NCBI GenBank assembly: GCA_034421015.1
Contig: DAOUKT010000037.1
Span: forward strand, 18,133-82,132
Length of the DNA stretch: 64,000 nt
Source: Dehalococcoidia bacterium
GTDB taxonomy: Bacteria > Chloroflexota > Dehalococcoidia > Lucifugimonadales > UBA2985
Direction of reading: 5' to 3'
Below the pieces are notes generated by a model. That model was not told where the DNA came from. It made no database searches and saw only the letters and a program-made list of their open reading frames with translations. Shown in pieces: positions 1 to 8,938 of the stretch. How positions within the stretch are numbered: position 1 is the first letter of the stretch; each line of letters opens with the position of its first letter. Made by a program: the position numbers and the translations under genes.

Positions 1-441
1 CTCTCTAGGCCTGATCTCGTTGCGGAGCTGGTTCAGGTGCTCCTCGTAGTGGCCGGCCCACATCTCGAAGAGGCTCAGGGGGGAAACCGGCTCGCCGTTA
101 CGCTCTCCACCTCGCTCAAGCTGCTCAGGGGTCAGATCGTTGAGCTGTTCAATGGCGCGGTCTATGTCTCCAAGAGCGTTGTCCCGGACCCGCCTCCAGC
201 CGGCCTCCGGGTCGAATCCACCTCCGCCGAGGTTGGGTTTGTCCTCGTCCAGCAGACGATTGACCATGTTGCGGATGTAGTCGCCGGTGGCGTGGCGCAG
301 CAGGTCTACCATCGACCACTCGGTGCCGCGGTTGCCGATCTCCGCCGTGACGTCCGAGAGGCACATTTCGTAGTCGTTGCGTACGTTGTTCAGTCGCTCC
401 AGCACTGCCTGCTTGGATGATTCAGTTGAGCCCTGGGTCAT
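1..441 (-). CDS. DinB-superfamily (DinB_2-like) protein, 3' end cut by the window edge
   Basis: Absent from the ORF track because it runs off the window. My minus-strand translation from ATG 441..439 (AAGGAGG upstream) is stop-free to nt 1: MTQGSTESSKQAVLERL...EWSMVDLLRHATGDY...MWAGHYEEHLNQLRNEIRPRE. The His-bearing helices are typical of the DinB fold. Confidence 0.55.
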   Translation of the reverse strand, partial: MTQGSTESSKQAVLERLNNVRNDYEMCLSDVTAEIGNRGTEWSMVDLLRHATGDYIRNMVNRLLDEDKPNLGGGGFDPEAGWRRVRDNALGDIDRAIEQLNDLTPEQLERGGERNGEPVSPLSLFEMWAGHYEEHLNQLRNEIRPRE

Positions 442-465
442 GATGCGGCCTCCTTAAAATATAGC

Positions 466-612
466 TGGATTCCCGCGAAGGCGGGAGTGACACTCAGACC
501 ACCTTCTGGATTCCTGCTTTCGCAGGAATGGAACTCAGACCACCCCTGCGAAGGCAGGGGTCTATCCCCGTCCTGATGCCACCCCCTGGATTCCTGCCTG
601 CGCAGGAATGGT
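466..612. repeat. Tandem array of 4 GC-rich palindromic hairpin units (period about 40 nt)
   Basis: Four units: ATTCCCGC-GAAG-GCGGGAGT, ATTCCTGC-TTTC-GCAGGAAT, CCCCTGC-GAAG-GCAGGGG and ATTCCTGC-CTGC-GCAGGAAT. They are joined by a conserved linker, ACTCAGACCACC. Confidence 0.85.
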
Positions 613-622
613 TCCGGTAATT

Positions 623-979
623 TGGTGGAGACGGGGGAGAGTCGAACTCCCCGTCCAAAGAGCTCTCCGCTAGAATGTACTACAGGCTTATCCGGTACTT
701 GCTTCTCGCTCCCAGGGGCCCCTACCGGCGCAGGTCCCTTGGGAACCAGCCGATAGATCTTGGTTCCTCCCTATCGGTGTTGGGAGGAGCAGCACCTCGA
801 CTTTATGGCGCCCATGTCCCGCCTTCGAGGAGAGGAGAGGATGGACGTGGCCTGCCTAGTTAGGCGGCCAGTGCGAGTTTCTTCTCGCCAGTTACTTTTT
901 TGCCGCCTGATTAACGAGGTGGACGGCGCCTCGGCCTGCAATCCTGCGAAGTCACCCCCTGTCGAAACCACGCGTCCCC
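623..979 (-). ncRNA. ssrA: tmRNA (transfer-messenger RNA)
   Basis: The minus strand starts GGGGACGCGTGGTTTCGACAGGGGG and ends GGACGGGGAGTTCGACTCTCCCCCGTCTCCACCA (tRNA-Ala-like acceptor/T-arm plus CCA). An internal tag frame reads GGC GGC AAA AAA GTA ACT GGC GAG AAG AAA CTC GCA CTG GCC GCC TAA, giving ..KKVTGEKKLALAA*. Confidence 0.93.
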
Positions 980-1004
980 ATATACAAGAAACCTCTTAAG
1001 AACG

Positions 1005-1068
1005 TCGTTCCTGCGAAAGCAGGAGCCTCTGGCCTCACACCTTTAGATTCCTGCTTTCGCAGGAATGA
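1005..1068. repeat. Two palindromic hairpin units of the same family, between smpB and ssrA
   Basis: TTCCTGC-GAAA-GCAGGAG at 1008..1025 and ATTCCTGC-TTTC-GCAGGAAT at 1047..1066. Confidence 0.8.
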
Positions 1069-1110
1069 CGAGACTCAGAGAGGTTTCTCGCTCGTATTAT
1101 ACCACAACGC

Positions 1111-1626
1111 CTAGCCCCTGGAAGCCTCGCGCATGGCCCGGCCGATCTCCCTGTCCTGCTCCCGGTCTATGATGGCCTTGCGCTTGTCGTAGAGCCTGCG
1201 GCCCCTGGCCAGGCCCAGGGCAACCTTGGCGACGTGGTCCTTGATGTACACCCGCAAGGGCACCAGGGTCAGGCCCTTCTGGGACGCCGCCCCGGCAAGC
1301 TCCGCAATCTGGCCCTTGTGAAGCAGGAGCTTCCTTGGCCGGGTTGGCTCGTGATTGTGGATGTTCCCTTGGGCGTAGTGGGCAATGTGTGCGTTGTGGA
1401 GCCACATCTCGCCGCCGTCCGCCCGCGCGAAGGCCTGCTGTATGTTCACCCGGCCGTCCCTGATCGACTTGATCTCGGTGCCGGTGAGGACCAGGCCGGC
1501 CTCCACCGTCTCAAGAATGTCGTATTCGTGATAGGCGCGGCGGTTCACGGTCACGGGCCGTGAGGGGTCCTTGGCCTTGGTGGCCTTTGCGCTATTGGTC
1601 TTTTTGGAACGTTTGGATGCGCTCAT
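1111..1626 (-). CDS. smpB: SsrA-binding protein SmpB
   Basis: 171 aa. Contains NRRAYHEYDILETVEAGLVLTGTEIKSIR...WLHNAHIAHY...RPRKLLLHK...LTLVPLRVY. Lies directly upstream of ssrA on the same strand. Confidence 0.95.
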   Translation of the reverse strand: MSASKRSKKTNSAKATKAKDPSRPVTVNRRAYHEYDILETVEAGLVLTGTEIKSIRDGRVNIQQAFARADGGEMWLHNAHIAHYAQGNIHNHEPTRPRKLLLHKGQIAELAGAASQKGLTLVPLRVYIKDHVAKVALGLARGRRLYDKRKAIIDREQDREIGRAMREASRG

Positions 1627-1653
1627 TTCTTAGAAACTGACCTCCGGTCGCAA

Positions 1654-2961
1654 TCAGCGACTCGCGCCCTCAAAGATGGCCTCAAGCTCCTCCAGCGCCC
1701 GTTCAAGCTGCGGGTCGTGGTCGCCGCTGGGGGCCTCCGACACCTCTGCGTCCGGGTCCAGGCCCTCTCCTTCGATAAGGCGTCCGTTGGGAGAGTACCA
1801 GCGACCGGTGGTGAAGTACAACCCGGAGCCGTCGCTGAGGGACTTGGCGAGATTTGCGCTCCCCTTGCCAAAGGTGGTGGTCCCGACCAGCACGGCTCGC
1901 CCACGGTCCTGAAGGGCCGCCGCAAGCACCTCGCTGCCGCTGGCGCTGTTCTCGTTGACCAGCACAACCAGGGGGATATCCAGGGCCAGCCCGTCCTCAT
2001 CCGACTTGAAGTCGTGCCTGTCGCCGTTGCCGTGCACCAGATAAAGCACCAGGTCCTCGTCCAGGAACTCGCTGGCTACGTTGATGGTGGTGTCCAGTGA
2101 GCCGCCCGGGTTGTCCCTCAAGTCCAGGACAATCGACTCAACGTCCTGCTCAATCATCTCCTCCAGGGCCTCTATGAGGAGCTCATCGGTGTTCAGCGCG
2201 AAGGAAGTGATTCGCAGGTGGGCTACGCCATCGGGGAGCATACTCCACTGGACGCTGTCAATGGTTATGGCGTCCCGGACCACGTCTATGGCGGTGGGTT
2301 CTGACCTGCTCTCTCGCTCCACAAGCAGCCTCACCGACGTGCCCTTGGGGCCCCGCACGCGTGAAACCGACTCTATTAGACTCCAGCCATCGGTGCTTAC
2401 GCCGTCCACCTCGATTATGACGTCTCCCGCCATCAGGCCGGCCCTCTCAGCCGGGGCTCCCGGGATTGGCTCCACTATTGTGAGGCGGCCGTTTATCAGG
2501 TCCACGCGAGCGCCTATGCCCTCGAACCTGCCGCGGTTGCTCTCCAGATAGCGGTCAAACTGCTCCGGGTCCAGGTACGCCGTGTACGGGTCGTCCACGA
2601 CGTCGAGCATTGCCTCAATGGCCACTCCGCTCAGCGCAACCGGGTCCAGGGGAGCCAGGCTGACCCGTTCGGCGTCGATCATGGCGTCAATCGCCGCCCG
2701 GCCAAGGGCCGCCGGGTCGATGGTCTCCCTCTCAACAAACTGCTCCGACAGGCTGTTCCACACCTCCACTATGGGCAGGTCACTTGTTTCGGGGTCGGAC
2801 TCGGACAGGCTGAGCCACACGTCCACAACATCGCTTATTTCAGTTGGCGGCACGGGCGTAGGCTCGCCCCGGGCCCCCGACCGACATCCGCCAAGCGCGA
2901 TGACAATTACAAGGGCCAGGAAGAGCAGGGCAGGGGCTATGGGGAACGTTTTGCGACTCAT
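1654..2961 (-). CDS. ctpA: Carboxy-terminal processing protease (S41 family, PDZ domain), probable lipoprotein
   Basis: Contains a PDZ-like AGLMAGDVIIEVDG and the S41 core DLRDNPGGSL...ENSASGSEVLAAALQDRGRAVLVGTTTFGKGS. I placed the start at the internal ATG 2961, giving MSRKTFPIAPALLFLALVIVIALGGC, a signal peptide with a lipobox. Confidence 0.88.
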   Translation of the reverse strand: MSRKTFPIAPALLFLALVIVIALGGCRSGARGEPTPVPPTEISDVVDVWLSLSESDPETSDLPIVEVWNSLSEQFVERETIDPAALGRAAIDAMIDAERVSLAPLDPVALSGVAIEAMLDVVDDPYTAYLDPEQFDRYLESNRGRFEGIGARVDLINGRLTIVEPIPGAPAERAGLMAGDVIIEVDGVSTDGWSLIESVSRVRGPKGTSVRLLVERESRSEPTAIDVVRDAITIDSVQWSMLPDGVAHLRITSFALNTDELLIEALEEMIEQDVESIVLDLRDNPGGSLDTTINVASEFLDEDLVLYLVHGNGDRHDFKSDEDGLALDIPLVVLVNENSASGSEVLAAALQDRGRAVLVGTTTFGKGSANLAKSLSDGSGLYFTTGRWYSPNGRLIEGEGLDPDAEVSEAPSGDHDPQLERALEELEAIFEGASR

Positions 2962-3194
2962 CTTCAGCCTGCGCCAGGGCTTTACTTCAATCTTATCACA
3001 TCCCGCCCGGGGCGTTCCCGTGTAAGAAGCAGCTAGCCAGTCAGGAACTAACAGACCCACATCCGGTCTTTGTCGCGTTTCCCAACGAATCAGGCTATCT
3101 GTCCAACCTGCGCCTTCCGGTACTGATCGTTCCGTTGGGGCGGTCCGTATACTATGCTATACTCCGGCCATCACTACCTACAGGGAGAAAGACA

Positions 3195-3515
3195 ATGGCA
3201 AAATACTTGTTCCAGGCAGACTACACCGCTGAGGGCCTCGCGGGGTTGCAGCGAGAGGGCGGCACTGGCCGCCGCGCAGTGTTCGAGCGAATGTTTGCCG
3301 ATATGGGCGGTACGCTGGAGGCCTTTTACTATGCCTTTGGCGCGGATGACCTGTATATGATTGTGGACTTGCCTGACGACGCCTCGGCAGTGGCCGCGTC
3401 AATGGTGGTATCGGCCGCCGGCGCGATCAGCTTCAAGGCTACGGTCCTGGTCACACCCGAGACGGTAGACGAGGCGACGCGGCGCACCGTGACCTACCGA
3501 CCGCCAGGGTCCTGA
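3195..3515 (+). CDS. GYD-domain protein
   Basis: MAKYLFQADYTAEGLAGL...GGTLEAFYYAFGADDLYMIVDLPDD has the length and motifs of the GYD family. Start moved to ATG 3195, behind GGGAGA. Confidence 0.7.
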   Translation: MAKYLFQADYTAEGLAGLQREGGTGRRAVFERMFADMGGTLEAFYYAFGADDLYMIVDLPDDASAVAASMVVSAAGAISFKATVLVTPETVDEATRRTVTYRPPGS

Positions 3516-3605
3516 GAAAATACAGGCTGCCAGCAACCGGCAAGAGCGGTACAGCCAAGCGATAATGACTGCAACCCAAGGCCGCTTGATTGTGTCGAAT
3601 TTCAC

Positions 3606-3634
3606 TTGCTAAACCACAGGCCCTATGCTATATT
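3606..3634 (+). promoter_or_regulatory. Sigma-70-like promoter of the nuo operon
   Basis: TTGCTA (3606..3611), a 17-nt spacer, then TATATT (3629..3634). TAAGGAG follows before the GTG at 3668. Confidence 0.5.
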
Positions 3635-3667
3635 AGCGCAAGCCTACATTGATTAAGGAGCTAGCCT

Positions 3668-4051
3668 GTGCTTGAGGACTATTTCCGCCAGTATGGGCTC
3701 ATTGCGATATTCACCGCCATAGCGGTGATAATGCCGGCCAGCCTGCTGGTCCTGTCGTGGCTCTTTTCCTTCATACGGGTACGCCCCAACAAGCCGAATC
3801 CCACCAAACTTGAGCCGTATGAGTGCGGCATGGAGATCGTTGGGGAGCGGTGGCCGCGATTCAACTTCCGCTACTACATGTTCGCCCTGCTCTTTGTGGT
3901 CTTTGACGTGGAGACTGTTTTCCTTTACCCCTGGGCAGTGCACTTCAACCAGCTGGGTCTTTTCGCTCTCATAGAGATGCTGGTGTTCGTGCTCATTCTG
4001 GTGGTCGGTTGGGCATACGCCTGGAGGTACAAGGCCCTGGAATGGAGGTAG
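3668..4051 (+). CDS. nuoA: NADH-quinone oxidoreductase subunit A
   Basis: 127 aa with 3 TM segments. Contains [10 protein letters not shown]...[23 protein letters not shown]. Confidence 0.93.
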   Translation: MLEDYFRQYGLIAIFTAIAVIMPASLLVLSWLFSFIRVRPNKPNPTKLEPYECGMEIVGERWPRFNFRYYMFALLFVVFDVETVFLYPWAVHFNQLGLFALIEMLVFVLILVVGWAYAWRYKALEWR

Positions 4052-4054
4052 CCA

Positions 4055-4699
4055 ATGACTCAGGAGAGTAGACTGGACCAGTCTGTAGTGCCAATGCATC
4101 CGGACGTTACCGTGCCTCTTCACTCCACTACGTGGGAGATGGACAGGGAGGAGGGAGCGGTAATCAACGATATGAAGGCCACTCACATCGGGCCCTTCGA
4201 GATGGACTACATCCAGGTGCCGCCCGAGCTGGGCCGGGACGTAGTGGTCACCTCCATCGACGCGCTGCTCAACTGGAGCCGCAAGTCATCGCTGTTCCCA
4301 CTCACCTTCGGGCTTGCGTGCTGCGCCTTCGAGATGATTGCCAGCGCAATGTCACGCTTCGACATCTCGCGCTTCGGCATGGAGGCCATGCGCGCCTCGC
4401 CCCGGCAGGCGGACCTGATGATCGTGGCAGGCACGGTTACGTGGAAGATGGCGCCCGCCATTCGCCGCCTCTACGACCAGATGCCTGAGCCGAAATGGGT
4501 CATTTCAATGGGCGTCTGCGCCACAAGCGGCGGCCCCTACTACCAGGCTTACAGCGTGGTGCCCGGGGTCAACCGCATCGTGCCCGTGGACGTGTACGTG
4601 CCCGGCTGCCCTCCGCGCCCGGACGCCCTTCTCTACGGGATCATGCAGCTCCACGAGAAGATCAAGAAGCTGAGCCTTGCGGACAGGTCAAAGGGATAG
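4055..4699 (+). CDS. nuoB: NADH-quinone oxidoreductase subunit B (N-terminally extended)
   Basis: Contains [15 protein letters not shown]...[37 protein letters not shown]...VPGCPPRP. The true start within the ORF is uncertain. Confidence 0.93.
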   Translation: MTQESRLDQSVVPMHPDVTVPLHSTTWEMDREEGAVINDMKATHIGPFEMDYIQVPPELGRDVVVTSIDALLNWSRKSSLFPLTFGLACCAFEMIASAMSRFDISRFGMEAMRASPRQADLMIVAGTVTWKMAPAIRRLYDQMPEPKWVISMGVCATSGGPYYQAYSVVPGVNRIVPVDVYVPGCPPRPDALLYGIMQLHEKIKKLSLADRSKG

Positions 4700-4703
4700 C
4701 CGA

Positions 4704-5156
4704 ATGACGATTGACCTGGCAGGAGTGGATGTCGCCCAGCGGGTGGCGGATGCCGTCCCCGGAGCGGTTGAGGAGTCCGACTCCAGGAACGTCTGGGTCA
4801 GGCCGTCGTCCATCAGAGACGTTTGCAAGTTCCTGAATGAGGACAACGACCTCAATTTCAGCTTCCTGGCAGCCGTGTCCGCCGTTGACTTCATCGACCA
4901 CTTCGAGATGGTCTATCACCTGGTCTCCATAGCCAACAACCACAGGATTGTTCTCAAGTCCAGGATATGGGACCGTGAGAATCCAACTGTGCCGTCCGTC
5001 GTGGACATCTGGGAGGGCGCGAACTTCCAGGAGCGTGAGGTGTACGATCTGATGGGAGTCCGCTTCGAGGGCCACTTCAACCTGAAGCGACTCCTCCTCT
5101 GGGAGGGATTCCCCGGTCATCCCCACAGGAAAGACTACCTGGAGCCGCCGAGGTAA
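4704..5156 (+). CDS. nuoC: NADH-quinone oxidoreductase subunit C
   Basis: Contains the 30-kDa subunit motifs WEGANFQEREVYDLMGVRFEGH...LLLWEGFPGHPHRKDY. Start at ATG 4704, just after the nuoB stop. Confidence 0.9.
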   Translation: MTIDLAGVDVAQRVADAVPGAVEESDSRNVWVRPSSIRDVCKFLNEDNDLNFSFLAAVSAVDFIDHFEMVYHLVSIANNHRIVLKSRIWDRENPTVPSVVDIWEGANFQEREVYDLMGVRFEGHFNLKRLLLWEGFPGHPHRKDYLEPPR

Positions 5157-5165
5157 GAGAGCCAC

Positions 5166-6269
5166 ATGGCGATTCGCACAGAGCCAATCACCATAAATAT
5201 CGGCCCCCAGCACCCCAGCACCCACGGGGTCTTCCGTATGCGCATCACCTTCGACGGCGAGGTGATTCTGGACGTTGAGCCTATATTCGGCTACCTGCAC
5301 AGGGGGTCCGAAAAGCTGGCGGAGGAGCGCACCTATGCCCAGGTGGTGACCCTGACCGACCGGCTGGACTACGTTTCATCCATGTCCAACAACCTGGCCT
5401 ACGTGCTGTCGGCCGAGAAGCTGTCCGGAGTCCAGCCGCCGGAGCGGGCCATGTACCTCCGAGTCATTGCCGCGGAGCTCCAGCGCATCTCCAGCCACCT
5501 TGTGGCAACCGGCTTCTTCCTAAACGACCTGGGCGCGCTGGCCACTCCCCTGATGTACTGCTTCAGGGAGCGGGAGAAGATCTTGGACCTCTTCGAGATG
5601 CTGTGCGGAGCGCGCATCACCCTAAGCTACATGAGGGTTGGCGGAATCTTCCAGGACGCCCCGCCGGAGTTCTGGCCCGCCCTGAGAGATTTCCTGGGCT
5701 ACATGCCCGACTACATCGACGAGTACGAGCGCCTCATTACAGGGAACGAGATTCTCCTCACCCGCACCAAGAACGTCGGCATACTGTCCGGCGAGCAGGC
5801 GATAAACTGCTCGGTCAGCGGCCCCGTGCTCAGGGCCAGCGGCGTCAACTGGGACCTGCGGAAGGCGGACCCTTACGAGATCTACGACCGGGTGGAGTTC
5901 GACGTGCCGGTGGGCACGGTGGGCGACAACTACGACCGCTACCTGATGCGAATTGCGGAGATGCGCCAGTCGCTGCGCATCATTCAGCAGTGCGCGGACC
6001 AGATACCGGAAGGCCCCGTCAAGGCGGACGTGCCGTGGCTCATCCGGCCTCCGGTAGGGGACGCCTTCGCCCACGTGGAAGCGCCCAAGGGCGAGTTGGG
6101 CTTCTACCTGGTCAGCGACGGCACTATCTCTCCGTACCGCTGCAAGATTCGCTCTCCGTCGCTGATCAACCTGACGGCTCTCAAGGATATGCTACTGGGC
6201 TGGAAGCTGGCGGACATGATCGTCACATTCGGCAGCGTTGACATAAACATGGGAGAGGTGGACCGGTAA
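5166..6269 (+). CDS. nuoD: NADH-quinone oxidoreductase subunit D
   Basis: 367 aa. Contains INIGPQHPSTHGVFRM...GYLHRGSEKLAE...RIRSPSLINL...GSVDINMGEVDR. Confidence 0.96.
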   Translation: MAIRTEPITINIGPQHPSTHGVFRMRITFDGEVILDVEPIFGYLHRGSEKLAEERTYAQVVTLTDRLDYVSSMSNNLAYVLSAEKLSGVQPPERAMYLRVIAAELQRISSHLVATGFFLNDLGALATPLMYCFREREKILDLFEMLCGARITLSYMRVGGIFQDAPPEFWPALRDFLGYMPDYIDEYERLITGNEILLTRTKNVGILSGEQAINCSVSGPVLRASGVNWDLRKADPYEIYDRVEFDVPVGTVGDNYDRYLMRIAEMRQSLRIIQQCADQIPEGPVKADVPWLIRPPVGDAFAHVEAPKGELGFYLVSDGTISPYRCKIRSPSLINLTALKDMLLGWKLADMIVTFGSVDINMGEVDR

Positions 6270-7477
6270 TGGGCCCTATCACCTCCGCCAACTCCTTCTA
6301 CAGGAACCTGTACCAGTTCTTCGATGAGCTGATCATCTTTGGAGTGGACCCCGTGCCCAGCTGGCTGGCCTACTTCCTGGCCGGGTTCATCATTGTGTTC
6401 ATTGTCGTGAACGCGGTGGTTATCGTGACTACGCTGGGGACTTGGGTCGAGCGACGGGTCATTGGCCGCATCCAGTCGAGGCTGGGGCCTAACAGGTGGG
6501 GGCCTTGGGGACTCCTCACGCCCGTGGCCGACGCCCTGAAGCTGCTGACCAAGGAGAGCACCAGGCCCGCGGGAGTCGACCCGTGGATTTACAACCTGGC
6601 GCCCCTGGTGTTCATCATGCCCGTTATCCTGGTCTTCGCAGTCATACCCTTCGGCAAGAACACCTACGTGGCAAACCTGAACATAGGCATTCTCTTCATC
6701 ATTGCGGTCACAACCGTTCCCACTTTGGGTATGTTCATGGCCGGCTGGGCTTCCGGCAACAGGTACTCCCTGTTCGGGGCCATGCGCGGCGTTGCCCAGC
6801 TGATCAGCTACGAGGTCCCAATGGTGCTGTCGATAGTTGGCGTGGTGCTGCTGGCCGGCTCCCTGTCGCTGGTGGACATTGTGGAAGCGCAGAAGGTGCC
6901 TTTCATACTCGTGCAGCCCCTGGGCTTCTTCATATTCGCAGTGGCGGCTTCGGCGGAGATGAACCGCTCACCCTTTGACATTGTGGAGGCGGACTCGGAG
7001 CTTGTGGCCGGTTTCCACACCGAGTACAGCGGGATGAAGTGGGGCACTTTCCAGCTGGCGGAGTTCATCGCCCCCTTCGGCACCTCGGCGATAATCGCAA
7101 CCCTCTTCGTGCAGGGATGGGAGGGACCCATCCTGCCGTCCCACCTGTGGTTCTTCATCAAGATGTGCTTCTTCTGGTTCATACTCCTGTGGATCAGGGC
7201 GACTCTTCCCAGGCTGCGGGTGGACCAAATCATGGGGTTCGCATGGAAATTCCTCTTCCCCTTGAGCATAGTGAACCTGTTTGTCACGGCGACACAGGTG
7301 CTGTTATGGCCGGACGCCACCATCGCACAGATGTGGGCAATGGCCGGGATCAACTGGGCAATCGCCATCGGCGCGCTGGTGATTTACTCACGGCTGGCCG
7401 GCGACAAGCTGAGGACCCGGGCGCCACTGGCGCCTGTCCCGCAGAGAGCTCCCAACGCGGCAAGCGAGGTGAGATAA
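6269..7477 (+). CDS. nuoH: NADH-quinone oxidoreductase subunit H
   Basis: 402 aa, polytopic. Contains ERRVIGRIQSRLGPNRWGPWGLLTPVADALKL...AEMNRSPFDIVEADSELVAGFHTEYSGMKW. Its start overlaps the nuoD stop. Confidence 0.96.
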   Translation: MGPITSANSFYRNLYQFFDELIIFGVDPVPSWLAYFLAGFIIVFIVVNAVVIVTTLGTWVERRVIGRIQSRLGPNRWGPWGLLTPVADALKLLTKESTRPAGVDPWIYNLAPLVFIMPVILVFAVIPFGKNTYVANLNIGILFIIAVTTVPTLGMFMAGWASGNRYSLFGAMRGVAQLISYEVPMVLSIVGVVLLAGSLSLVDIVEAQKVPFILVQPLGFFIFAVAASAEMNRSPFDIVEADSELVAGFHTEYSGMKWGTFQLAEFIAPFGTSAIIATLFVQGWEGPILPSHLWFFIKMCFFWFILLWIRATLPRLRVDQIMGFAWKFLFPLSIVNLFVTATQVLLWPDATIAQMWAMAGINWAIAIGALVIYSRLAGDKLRTRAPLAPVPQRAPNAASEVR

Positions 7478-7978
7478 ATGTACGGACTAGGCATCGCAAA
7501 GGGCCTCATGGTGACCCTGAAGAACCTGACCAGAAAGCCGTTCACCATCCAGTACCCGGAGGAGGCCGTCCCACAGGCGCCTCGATTCCGCGGGGAGGAG
7601 TTCGCCTGGTACGAGGAGCGGTGCACCGGGTGCGCGAGCTGCGCGAAATATTGCCCCCTGGGAATCATCAGGATTGTGACCCACCCGGGCGGCCTCAATA
7701 TGCAGGAGGGCCAGTCGTACACTGTCGATACCTTTGACATCGACATAGGCCGGTGCATGTTCTGCGGCCTCTGCGTGGAGGCCTGCCCCTACGACGCCCT
7801 GTTTATGGGCAGCGGCTTCGAGCGCGGCAGGTACAGGCGGGACGACCTGGTTATCGACCTGCACGAGTTGAAAGAAGCGGAAAAGCGCCCCAGCACGTGG
7901 TTCCGCCCACAGCTTGAGTCCAAGAAGTACAATCCCCAGACCGGGCAGCCCCTCTCCTGGGACGAGGTGGGACGCTAG
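7478..7978 (+). CDS. nuoI: NADH-quinone oxidoreductase subunit I (2x[4Fe-4S])
   Basis: Two ferredoxin motifs: CTGCASCAKYCP and CMFCGLCVEACP. Confidence 0.94.
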   Translation: MYGLGIAKGLMVTLKNLTRKPFTIQYPEEAVPQAPRFRGEEFAWYEERCTGCASCAKYCPLGIIRIVTHPGGLNMQEGQSYTVDTFDIDIGRCMFCGLCVEACPYDALFMGSGFERGRYRRDDLVIDLHELKEAEKRPSTWFRPQLESKKYNPQTGQPLSWDEVGR

Positions 7979-8542
7979 ATGCTTCCACTGGACATCGCCT
8001 TCTACTCCATGGCGGCGGTGATGGTAGCCTCCGCTCTGGGCGTGGTGCTCATGAAGGACATCTTCCGAGCAGCGCTCTTCCTGGTGCTCTCCTTCCTGGT
8101 GGTGGCGGGGTTGTTCGTGCTGCTGAACGCGGAGTTCCTGGCGGTGGTGCAGGTGCTCATCTACGTCGGGGCCATCTCGATACTTCTGATATTCGCCATC
8201 ATGCTGACTCGCAACGTCCACGAGGGCAATCCGTCCAATGGATTCGACCATCCCGCTCGAATATTGTCGGGCTTGGTGCTGGCGGCGCTGGTGTTCGTGG
8301 CGGTAACCACGGACTGGAACACCTGGGACAGCCTTGGGCTGAAGGTGCTTCCGGGCGACTCCGCCGAGGACCTGAGTAGCACGGAGCAGGGTGTCCGCGA
8401 CGTATTCGGCAACACAACGCCCGTTATCGCCCGCCTCCTTTTGAGGGAGTACGTGCTCCCCTTTGAGGTGGCGTCCGTGGTGCTTCTGGCGGCGGTGATT
8501 GGCGCGCTCGCCCTGGTGCGAGAGAGGGAGAACGAGGCTTGA
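7979..8542 (+). CDS. nuoJ: NADH-quinone oxidoreductase subunit J
   Basis: 187 aa membrane protein. Contains NAEFLAVVQVLIYVGAISILLIFAIML, and its position in the operon fits. Confidence 0.9.
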   Translation: MLPLDIAFYSMAAVMVASALGVVLMKDIFRAALFLVLSFLVVAGLFVLLNAEFLAVVQVLIYVGAISILLIFAIMLTRNVHEGNPSNGFDHPARILSGLVLAALVFVAVTTDWNTWDSLGLKVLPGDSAEDLSSTEQGVRDVFGNTTPVIARLLLREYVLPFEVASVVLLAAVIGALALVRERENEA

Positions 8543-8934
8543 GCCTGGAAAACCTCCTCATCCTGTCGGCCATTATCTTCAGCATTGGCCTCTACGGTAC
8601 TCTGTCCAAGAGGAACGTGATTGCCGTGCTCATGTCCATTGAGCTTATGTTCAACGCCGTGAATATAGCCGCCATTGCCTTTGCGCGCTACGTCGTGCCC
8701 AGGGGCATCGCAGTGGACCCCGTGGCTGCTGAGAACGAGATAGGCCGGGCGTTGACCGAGGGCGTTAATCTAGGAGAGACGGTGCTGAGCACGCTGCTGA
8801 CGGGGCAGATATTCTCCATCTTCATCATCACAATTGCGGCCGCAGAGGTGGCCCTGGGTCTTGGCATAGTGATAGCCCTGTACCGCAACAGGGAGACCGT
8901 CGACGTGACCAGGGTCAATCTGATGAGGGGTTAG
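8539..8934 (+). CDS. nuoK: NADH-quinone oxidoreductase subunit K with an enlarged TM2-TM3 loop
   Basis: LSKRNVIAVLMSIELMFNAVNIA...GQIFSIFIITIAAAEVALGLGIVIALYR retains both conserved Glu residues. It is 131 aa against the usual roughly 100 aa. Confidence 0.9.
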   Translation: MSLENLLILSAIIFSIGLYGTLSKRNVIAVLMSIELMFNAVNIAAIAFARYVVPRGIAVDPVAAENEIGRALTEGVNLGETVLSTLLTGQIFSIFIITIAAAEVALGLGIVIALYRNRETVDVTRVNLMRG

Positions 8935-8938
8935 AAAC

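Noticed and set aside
466-612. CRISPR-like appearance of four regularly spaced (about 40 nt) repeats.
   Set aside because: - The 'repeats' are short palindromes whose sequences differ from one another.
- The 'spacers' are only about 15 nt and are themselves conserved (ACTCAGACCACC).
- No cas genes are nearby.
- Identical units occur singly elsewhere in the window.

This is a REP/BIME-like array, not CRISPR.
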